64,000 nt of DNA from contig JAGMCI010000017.1 in assembly GCA_023129325.1 (NCBI GenBank), forward strand, positions 13,252 to 77,251, in the 5' to 3' direction. This document shows positions 25,299 through 32,053 of this stretch, piece after piece (the first letter of the stretch is position 1; each line of letters opens with the position of its first letter). A program made the translations under genes and the position numbers. The stretch comes from a candidate division WOR-3 bacterium. GTDB taxonomy: Bacteria; Hydrothermota; UBA3073; JACQXS01; JAGMCI01. The notes under the pieces are model-generated. The model saw nothing but the letters and a program-made list of their open reading frames with translations, was not told the origin of the DNA and made no database searches.

Positions 25299-25304
25299 AG
25301 TAAT

Positions 25305-25361
25305 GAACGGTGAGTGGTTAAATGGTGAGTAATTAACCAATTAACCAATTAACCATTTAAC
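25305..25361. repeat. (TAACCAAT) array plus GGTGAG module, inverted copy of 21169..21217
   Basis: GAACGGTGAGTGGTTAAATGGTGAGTAATTAACCAATTAACCAATTAACC. Confidence 0.8.
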
Positions 25362-26179
25362 TATTCTTTCTCCCTCTTTTTTAATATAAAGTAACTAAGA
25401 TTACCTAAAATTATGAAAATTATTATTGCTATGTGTCCCGCAGATTGTGCTGTCATCCCAATGATTCCAGCTCCCGGGCATTCAACTAATTTCTCATATT
25501 CTGCTGCCCCCTTTAATCCGCCAATAAGTCCCTCAATCTGTTTGGCTTGAAGATAAGGATAACAATCAGGAGCACAAACAGCAGTACAACCAAGAGTTAT
25601 TTTTTGTCCAAATTGTGCACCAGCAAGTCTAACCCAGTAGTCGCCAGTTGCTCCTGCTTCAAATCCAATAAGTAAAGTAATATCTCCATAATTATGAACT
25701 CCTTTCATTATATCAAGTGAATCAACAGGAGTCCCAGCATAATCAGAAGCAAAAAAATCTCTTATTTCTCTACCTATCCCAAGCATAATAGCTGACATCC
25801 CTGGGCGATAACCAAGATTGACATAATCTTGACCATATTTTTTGTCATATTCTTTAGCTGTTACCATCAGTGCATCTTGCCCTAAAGGAAAACCAAGAGG
25901 CCAATGACACATCATAATGACTTTCAAATTCTTCTTAAAAGCATGCCTCAAGACAGCAATTAACATTGGTTGCAGTTCTGGTTGAGAAGCAGGGTCATAA
26001 TCAACAGAAAAAAGAACGCAAGAACCCGACTCAAGTTTCTCCAGCGCCTTATAAGCTGATTTCACCGGGGCACTAACCCTAATTTCAAGAACTGTTTTTG
26101 TTAAAAATGGTATTATGATACAAAGAACAATAACAATAAAAATAATCCTTCTATCTATATTTGCTATTTTTTTCAACAT
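25361..26179 (-). CDS. bitopic membrane protein with a large soluble domain, uncharacterised (gene 3)
   Basis: N-terminal TM (IIFIVIVLCIIIPFL) and C-terminal TM (IAIIIFIILGNLSYFIL) flank a ~210-aa domain. By eye the domain looks distantly similar to the C-domain of the 26903..28015 product. Confidence 0.55.
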   Translation of the reverse strand: MLKKIANIDRRIIFIVIVLCIIIPFLTKTVLEIRVSAPVKSAYKALEKLESGSCVLFSVDYDPASQPELQPMLIAVLRHAFKKNLKVIMMCHWPLGFPLGQDALMVTAKEYDKKYGQDYVNLGYRPGMSAIMLGIGREIRDFFASDYAGTPVDSLDIMKGVHNYGDITLLIGFEAGATGDYWVRLAGAQFGQKITLGCTAVCAPDCYPYLQAKQIEGLIGGLKGAAEYEKLVECPGAGIIGMTAQSAGHIAIIIFIILGNLSYFILKKREKE

Positions 26180-26183
26180 CTCA

Positions 26184-26213
26184 CTTCCTACTGCTTACTG
26201 CCTACTCCCTACT
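26184..26213. repeat. heptamer array CTTCCTA CTGCTTA CTGCCTA CTCCCTA
   Basis: It is the reverse complement of the GCAGTAG family seen at 20824. Confidence 0.8.
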
Positions 26214-26846
26214 TTATTTTAAGTATGTTCTTTCAATCCCAAGTATAATTCTAAGAGAAGTAGCAATCATTCCAAGAGCAACGCCAATAAGTATTCCCCG
26301 CTTAGCCGCAAGTTGAGGTATATTCATAATCCATTCAGCAATAATAGGTAATTTGTTCCATATCAGATTACCTACTGGGACTCTTCCAATCATAACTAAT
26401 ACACCTGCAATTAGCAATAGTGTGGCTTCAATAGTTCTGGCTCTAAAAGCTCTATAAGCAGCACTTGCAATAAAGAAAGCAAGCAAAGAAAACATAGTAG
26501 CCGAAAGAGGAACAAGAATATTATTATAATACCACATAAAAGGAGTCCCGAGTTCAAACAGCCCTTTATATTTTATACCTGAATAAAAGCCAACAACCAG
26601 AGTCCCAAGCATAGCACCAATTAAAATAACTGAATACCCAAATCCTTGAGTGCGTTTAACAATTCTTCTTGTATGAATTCTGGTTAATGTCATAAGACCT
26701 AAAACCATAGTGAAACCAGCAATAATGGCATACCATTGCAAGAACATAGATTGAAGTCCACCGATTGGGTCATGAGGGATAAAGAAACCAATGATGAGGA
26801 GGAACCCTGTAATAAAGGTAATAGCTAAAGGAACTTCTCTTCTCAT
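26214..26846 (-). CDS. polytopic membrane protein, uncharacterised (gene 2)
   Basis: Five to six hydrophobic helices. Start set to ATG 26846 (MRREVPLAITF) because the upstream MRDSLRKE codons overlap the TCCCGCAC hairpin repeat. Confidence 0.55.
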   Translation of the reverse strand: MRREVPLAITFITGFLLIIGFFIPHDPIGGLQSMFLQWYAIIAGFTMVLGLMTLTRIHTRRIVKRTQGFGYSVILIGAMLGTLVVGFYSGIKYKGLFELGTPFMWYYNNILVPLSATMFSLLAFFIASAAYRAFRARTIEATLLLIAGVLVMIGRVPVGNLIWNKLPIIAEWIMNIPQLAAKRGILIGVALGMIATSLRIILGIERTYLK

Positions 26847-26862
26847 TTCTTTACGAAGGCTA

Positions 26863-26887
26863 TCCCGCACATAAATTATGTGCGGGA
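26863..26887. repeat. solitary TCCCGCAC...GTGCGGGA hairpin
   Basis: TCCCGCACATAAATTATGTGCGGGA, identical to hairpin 1 of leader copy B. It lies between two genes of the membrane operon. Confidence 0.85.
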
Positions 26888-26902
26888 CGGCTACAGACCA
26901 TA

Positions 26903-28015
26903 TTAAAAGCCACTAAACCAGTTAATAAAATTAGAAGCTGATGTTTTTAAAATTCCAAAACTACTTAAGCTTGCTAATAATATTCCGATACTTATAACTA
27001 TGATAATAATAAGTTTAACGAAATCCTCTCCTTTTATGCTTCCGAGCAAAGTTGGTTCTTTTGATAAATATGATGAAGCGGCATACATTTCTTCCCCAAT
27101 AAGAGTGTAATCACATGCGGCAACAAAGAATGGCAGTTGAGTGGTAGCTGGAGTTCCTGCAATTTGGATAGCGCCAATAGAATTTCCTGTTTCAGCTAAC
27201 AATAATGATTCAGCAAAAAAATAGCCTTGCAAGAAGACGGCGCCAGGCTTTTCTCTAAGCATAATACCATTAACTCCAGCGGCATAGCCAAATTGGTCAG
27301 CAGTGAGGTAAAATATTTTTGATTCATTATAAGTATCAGGTCTTCCGGCTTCCATATGAGCTTGTTTAACGACTTCTTGGGCTGCACTCATAACAATTGG
27401 GTCATAACAAGGGACTAACAAAGGGGTTCCATAGGTAGCTGCTCTTTTAGCCACTCTTCCAAGTATTGACAAACTTGCAATTGTGGCGACATCGCTCATA
27501 TCAGAGAGTCCTGTGAGATAAAGAATAGGTTTTCCTGATTCTGTAGCTCTTCCGACGGCATCATCAACAGCCTCAAGCCCTGAAATTTTGCGTATAAAAA
27601 GAGACCCACCGTGTTTAGCTTTCTTTATATACCAAAGCACTAAACCACAAAAAACAATCCCTAAGATTAATGCGTTCCATCTTTTATGGTGGAACCATTG
27701 AGCATAAGATATCACTGGACCAAGTGGTTCAGAATCTGCAAAGTCTGTAGGTGAGACCGCCCTAACTTTATACCAATATTTTTCCCCATCTTGTGTAGAG
27801 TCATCAAATTTATTTAACCCTCTTAAAACGATACCTCTTGAATAATATTCGTGTTTTTTATCTGTAGTTCTAAAAACTTCATAATAAGAAAGTACGGAAT
27901 CATCAGGAGAAAGCTTCCACTTTATAGAGATAGATTTTCCTTTGTCGTTAGGAGTATCAAATACTTGAACATTGAGAGGAGGGGAGAGTTGGAGTAAAAA
28001 AATCAATAAAAACAT
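26903..28015 (-). CDS. membrane protein: signal/FN3-like ectodomain, TM, ~200-aa domain, C-terminal TM; uncharacterised (gene 1)
   Basis: MFLLIFLLQL signal. FN3-like KGKSISIKWKLSPDDSVLSYYEVFRT...YWYKVRAV. TM ALILGIVFCGLVLWYI. C-terminal TM LIIIIVISIGILLASL. Confidence 0.6.
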   Translation of the reverse strand: MFLLIFLLQLSPPLNVQVFDTPNDKGKSISIKWKLSPDDSVLSYYEVFRTTDKKHEYYSRGIVLRGLNKFDDSTQDGEKYWYKVRAVSPTDFADSEPLGPVISYAQWFHHKRWNALILGIVFCGLVLWYIKKAKHGGSLFIRKISGLEAVDDAVGRATESGKPILYLTGLSDMSDVATIASLSILGRVAKRAATYGTPLLVPCYDPIVMSAAQEVVKQAHMEAGRPDTYNESKIFYLTADQFGYAAGVNGIMLREKPGAVFLQGYFFAESLLLAETGNSIGAIQIAGTPATTQLPFFVAACDYTLIGEEMYAASSYLSKEPTLLGSIKGEDFVKLIIIIVISIGILLASLSSFGILKTSASNFINWFSGF

Positions 28016-28060
28016 TACTCCAAATATACAATATTTTATTCAGGTGTCAAGATTTTTTTG

Positions 28061-28089
28061 TTGACAAATGACATTTTTAATAATATCAT
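28061..28089 (+). promoter_or_regulatory. sigma70-like promoter TTGACA-17-TATCAT; ATG 8 nt downstream of the -10 (leaderless)
   Basis: TTGACA at 28061-28066, TATCAT at 28084-28089, ATG at 28097. No SD lies in between. Confidence 0.55.
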
Positions 28090-28096
28090 TATTAAG

Positions 28097-28540
28097 ATGA
28101 TAATAATTTGTTTTTTTCTTCTATTGCAAGCACAACAGCCCGAGGGAGCTAAATATTATGTCTATTTGGGGGAGATAGGCGAGCTTCAGATAAAGGTTTC
28201 TATTTGGGGAGAGATTAAGTCTCCTGGACTTTATTCTATTCCTGAGGGGATGGATTTAGCTACATTTCTGACATTAGCTGGGGGCTTATTAAAGGGAGCA
28301 GATATGTCTGGGATTAAAGTGGTGAGGTCTTTTCCAGAAGCAAAAGTATTTAGTGTAAATCTCAGTAAATTTTTCAAGACAGGGAGGCGGGAAGACGTTC
28401 CTGTGTTGAATCCGGGAGATATGATATATATAAAAGGTAATTTTTATTCAAGGATTAAAGAATTTACTCATTTTTTAACGGAGACTACTTTTTTGATAGG
28501 GGCGTATTACGGAATATATCGGTTAATAAGAGGGGAGTGA
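28097..28540 (+). CDS. polysaccharide export protein with SLBB (Wza-like soluble ligand-binding beta-grasp) domain
   Basis: VSIWGEIKSPGLYSIPEGMDLATFLTLAGGL...LNPGDMIYI resembles SLBB domains. Start set to ATG 28097, 8 nt after a TTGACA-17-TATCAT promoter. Confidence 0.6.
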   Translation: MIIICFFLLLQAQQPEGAKYYVYLGEIGELQIKVSIWGEIKSPGLYSIPEGMDLATFLTLAGGLLKGADMSGIKVVRSFPEAKVFSVNLSKFFKTGRREDVPVLNPGDMIYIKGNFYSRIKEFTHFLTETTFLIGAYYGIYRLIRGE

Positions 28541-28556
28541 AATGTGGGAGGATATT

Positions 28557-28591
28557 AAACATAAAACATTTAACAATTAACATTTAACAAT
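28557..28591. repeat. AACATTT/TAACAAT heptamer array upstream of the Wzc-like gene
   Basis: AAACATA AAACATT TAACAAT TAACATT TAACAAT. Confidence 0.8.
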
Positions 28592-28598
28592 AAGAGAG

Positions 28599-30668
28599 AT
28601 GGAAGGTGAAATAGATATAAGAAGATATTTAAGTGTTTTTTTACGGAGGAAATGGGCATTTATGAGTGTTTTTTTAGGGGTAATTCTTATTACAGGAGTT
28701 AAAATTCGCCTAACTCCTAAAACTTATGTTACTTATTCGAGGGTGCTAATAAAAAGAGCATCTGTTTTTCTTGGCAGAGGCGAATTAGTAGAAGAAACTT
28801 TTGGCATTGAGACGAACTGCGAGATTCTGAGGTCAAAAGGTTTTATGAGAAAGGTAATTGATTATATGAAAGAGCAGGGGATGAAGATAGGATTTTTAAA
28901 CTTAGCTAACGCTCCCGACATACTTCTTGAGATAACAACAATAACTCCATTGAGGAATTCGGATATTATTCAGATTGGAGTCGTAGGCGAGAATCCTGAA
29001 GAAATTGCTACTATATGCAATAGCATAACTGAGACTTTTAAAAATTATTCTGTCAAGATTGCAAGGGCTAAGGTAACAGAGATAAAAAAGTTTATTGAGA
29101 ACCAACTTCCTGAAGCTGAAGGGATGCTACGAAATGCAGAGATGGATTTACAAGCATTTAAGGAAAGAGAGAAACTAATTTCAGTATCAGCTGGTGGAGA
29201 GATATTACAAGAGCAATTTGCGGAACTTCAAGCAGAATATAATGCACTTTTATCTGAAATTGATGTAAATGAAAAATCAACTGTATATTTAAAGGAAGAA
29301 TTAAAGAGAGAGAACGAGCGACTTGTTGAAGAAATTGTTAAGGTAGGAAATCCATCAATCTCAAATTTAAGGAACCAACTCTTGCAGCTTGAAAGGGAGC
29401 GTTCATCATATATTCTTGCTGGTATGTCCGAGGACCACGCTAAATTGGTAAGTTTAGAAGAAAAGATAAAAGTAGTTAAACAAGCGTTAACAGATGTAAT
29501 AAAGAATAGGTCAGCCGATGAAACGATTCTTATAGACCCTCTTTCTTATTCAGAGGAGTTATCAAGAAAGATATTAAATAAGCGCTCTGAACTTCTTACG
29601 CTTCAGATAAAGAAAGAAGTTTTAGGGGAAAGAATAGAGAAACAAAAAGTTCGTGTTCGTCGTTTTCCTGCCAAGGAGTATGAGCTTGCAGGGTTTCAAC
29701 GGGTTTACGAATTTAATGCTAATATTTATAAGAGATTAGTAGACCGGTATGAGGAGGCAAAGATAACTGAGATGGGAGAAATTGGGAATGTTGTTATTGT
29801 GGAACACGCCAAACCACCTAATATTCCTATTTCTCCAAAACCTAAACGTAGTATGACTCTTGCCTTAATTTTTGGTCTTGGACTTGGAATTGGAGCTGTG
29901 CTTTTTAAAGAATATTTAGATACCTCCCTTAAAGATGCAGAAGATATAAAGAGATTGGACATTCCAATAATTGGCGCTATCCCGATACATACACAGGGAA
30001 TTATTGAAGACCAGTTATCGCCAGCAGCTGAAACATATAAAAAATTACGGATAAATTTAAAATTTTCAAAATCAGGCGACACTAAGTTAAAAACTTTGCT
30101 TGTCTCAAGTTGTATAGCAAAAGAAGGAAAGTCAACCTTTGTTTGTAATCTTGCAATAACTTACGCCAAGGCAGGTGTAAAAACTATTATCTTAGGAGCT
30201 GACCTCCGTAAACCAAATATTTATAAGATTTTGAGAGTTACTTCTAAATTCGGACTCTCAAATTTGCTTATCGGGGAAGTAAAAAAAGAAGATGTAATAC
30301 TTCCTACTGAAATAAATAATTTATGGGTCATCCCAGCAGGCCATATACCGCCAAATCCAGGAGAAATTATTGATTCTCAAACAATGCAGACTCTCTTTTC
30401 TGAACTTAGGGAAAGTTTTGATATGGTAATAGTTGATTCGCCGCCTCTTATTGTCTGTGCAGATGGACTTTTGTTAGGAAATATGGTCGATGGTGTGGTA
30501 TTAGTTGTGGAATTGGGAAGAGCCCAGAAAGATGAGGTCTTGCAAACAATTTCTAATTTCAAGTCCACAGGAGCTTCCTTCTTGGGTGTAGTTATCAATA
30601 AGGTAAAAAAAGGTATATACTATAGGTATCATTATTATTATAAATATTATACCCCAAAATCCATTTAA
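28599..30668 (+). CDS. polysaccharide biosynthesis tyrosine autokinase (Wzz/GumC chain-length domain plus CpsD/CapB-type P-loop ATPase)
   Basis: N-terminal TM, long coiled-coil periplasmic region and a second TM. Walker A-like SSCIAKEGKSTFVCNLA, then VIVDSPPL. Tyr-rich tail YYRYHYYYKYY. Confidence 0.8.
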   Translation: MEGEIDIRRYLSVFLRRKWAFMSVFLGVILITGVKIRLTPKTYVTYSRVLIKRASVFLGRGELVEETFGIETNCEILRSKGFMRKVIDYMKEQGMKIGFLNLANAPDILLEITTITPLRNSDIIQIGVVGENPEEIATICNSITETFKNYSVKIARAKVTEIKKFIENQLPEAEGMLRNAEMDLQAFKEREKLISVSAGGEILQEQFAELQAEYNALLSEIDVNEKSTVYLKEELKRENERLVEEIVKVGNPSISNLRNQLLQLERERSSYILAGMSEDHAKLVSLEEKIKVVKQALTDVIKNRSADETILIDPLSYSEELSRKILNKRSELLTLQIKKEVLGERIEKQKVRVRRFPAKEYELAGFQRVYEFNANIYKRLVDRYEEAKITEMGEIGNVVIVEHAKPPNIPISPKPKRSMTLALIFGLGLGIGAVLFKEYLDTSLKDAEDIKRLDIPIIGAIPIHTQGIIEDQLSPAAETYKKLRINLKFSKSGDTKLKTLLVSSCIAKEGKSTFVCNLAITYAKAGVKTIILGADLRKPNIYKILRVTSKFGLSNLLIGEVKKEDVILPTEINNLWVIPAGHIPPNPGEIIDSQTMQTLFSELRESFDMVIVDSPPLIVCADGLLLGNMVDGVVLVVELGRAQKDEVLQTISNFKSTGASFLGVVINKVKKGIYYRYHYYYKYYTPKSI

Positions 30669-30708
30669 TGTGGACCTGAGATGCGCCAGAAGCCAGAAAG
30701 AGTAAGGG

Positions 30709-30745
30709 TCCCGCACATAATCCGCCTGAGGCGGAATGTGCGGGA
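30709..30745. repeat. TCCCGCAC hairpin with a TCCGCCTGAGGCGGA palindrome nested in its loop
   Basis: TCCCGCACATAA-TCCGCCTGAGGCGGA-ATGTGCGGGA. Confidence 0.85.
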
Positions 30746-30806
30746 TAATACGCCCCTGCAAGGGCAGAATTTGTGTTTCCTGCCTCGCCTGCGAGTCAAG
30801 GCGGGT

Positions 30807-31862
30807 GTGTTTTTTGTAATACTTAGTATTTCTACACTCCCCGTGCGAGCAAGATGTGAATTTAAGTCTCAGTCGGAGTTGATTGATAGTCCAACAGCGC
30901 ATGTTTCTGATGATTGGTTTGCTCTTGGAATGACCTTTTCTATTACAACTAAAGATGACCCTCACTGGGCTGTTGGTAATGCCTATTTGAAAGTCCAGAT
31001 TCCTGGGAAATTATTCCTTGGATTGTCAATTTTTAATCTTAGAGAAGCCTTGGTAGCATTTGATGCTGGATGGAAGGTAAATAAGGAAACTCAAAATATG
31101 CCAGCTATTATGTTGGGATGTTTATACCTTTCTCCTTATCGCTGGATTTCTCCAGTTGGTCATGATAGTACTGTCGGCTGGGCAGATGACCAAACTTATG
31201 ATACGAAAAGGAATTCAGAACAATTTTCTGCTTTTGTTGTTGCTACAAAAGATTTTGGACCTTATGGACTTTATAATGTTGGAATAGGAAGGGGTTCGCT
31301 GGTTGGCTATGGACCAAGGTCTCATCTCTTTAATACTGATATGTTTATGAGAGACCATCATAACGACGCTGTAGGAATTATTTGGGGTGGCGAGGTAAAT
31401 ATTAGAAAAAATATATTTGGAGTGCTTGACTTTGATGGAAGGGATTTTAATGTTGGAATTAAGATTAAAGGTAAATGGTATCAAATAGGAATCGCCGCAG
31501 CTAAACTTGAACACCGATTAGGAGGTTCTCCAATACTTTATCCTCGTTTTGCAGCAGGGTTTATAATAAATTCACATATATTAAAAAAATTGCCTCCCAA
31601 AATTCCAAAAATTGGAGCTGTTGCCGGAGTAGTACGGGATAAAAATACCCTGCAACCGTTAGTTGCTAAACTCGTGTTTACCGAAACTACCCTTCTTCCA
31701 GTAGCCACTGACAGTAACGGAAAATATACTGTTTCTATTATGCCTGGAACTTACAGGGTGAGGGCTGTTGTTTCAGGATATTATTGGCTTGAGAAAAAAA
31801 TTTATGTCGCTCCTCAAATGACAACAATATGTAACTTTGAATTAACGCCAAAGCCAAAATGA
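30807..31862 (+). CDS. putative outer-membrane protein with C-terminal carboxypeptidase-regulatory-like domain
   Basis: Track ORF 30681..31862. The first ~40 codons are repeat DNA, so I propose the in-frame GTG at 30807 (FFVILSISTLPVRA signal-like). C-terminus GVVRDKNTLQPLVAKLVF...GKYTVSIMPGTYRVRAVVSGY. The start is uncertain. Confidence 0.45.
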   Translation: MFFVILSISTLPVRARCEFKSQSELIDSPTAHVSDDWFALGMTFSITTKDDPHWAVGNAYLKVQIPGKLFLGLSIFNLREALVAFDAGWKVNKETQNMPAIMLGCLYLSPYRWISPVGHDSTVGWADDQTYDTKRNSEQFSAFVVATKDFGPYGLYNVGIGRGSLVGYGPRSHLFNTDMFMRDHHNDAVGIIWGGEVNIRKNIFGVLDFDGRDFNVGIKIKGKWYQIGIAAAKLEHRLGGSPILYPRFAAGFIINSHILKKLPPKIPKIGAVAGVVRDKNTLQPLVAKLVFTETTLLPVATDSNGKYTVSIMPGTYRVRAVVSGYYWLEKKIYVAPQMTTICNFELTPKPK

Positions 31863-31911
31863 AAAATCAAAAATTAAAATGTAAAAATCAAAATCACAAA
31901 TTAAAAATTGA
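31863..31911. repeat. A-rich heptamer array (AAAATCA AAAATTA AAATGTA ...)
   Basis: AAAATTAAAATG[C/T]AAAAATCAAAAT recurs at 37868-37895. A related run lies at 44064-44097. Confidence 0.8.
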
Positions 31912-31926
31912 AGTAAAAGGTTATAG

Positions 31927-31951
31927 GTAGGGGCAACCCTTGCGGTTGCCC
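31927..31951. repeat. GTAGGGGC-family element (variant)
   Basis: GTAGGGGCAACCCTTGCGGTTGCCC. Confidence 0.8.
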
Positions 31952-31957
31952 AAAATA

Positions 31958-32027
31958 AGTAGTTCGGTTACGGCTTTCGTCACCCAAAGCCGATTGACGA
32001 AACGGGTCTCGTCACCGTAACCATTTA
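31958..32027. repeat. same modular family, inverted and module-shuffled, upstream of leuS
   Basis: AGTAGTTCGGTTACGGCTTTCGTCACCC...CCGATTGACGAAACGGGTCTCGTCACCGTAACC. Confidence 0.8.
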
Positions 32028-32042
32028 TCCGCCTCAGGCGGA
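32028..32042. repeat. 15-nt palindrome TCCGCCTNAGGCGGA
   Basis: TCCGCCTCAGGCGGA, 12 nt before the leuS ATG. Confidence 0.9.
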
Positions 32043-32053
32043 TTAACCAAAAG

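Noticed and set aside
30501-30965. 154-aa minus-strand ORF
   Set aside because: It is antisense to the end of the Wzc-like gene and to the repeat mosaic at 30669..30806. It has no SD and no motifs, and its composition is driven by the repeats.
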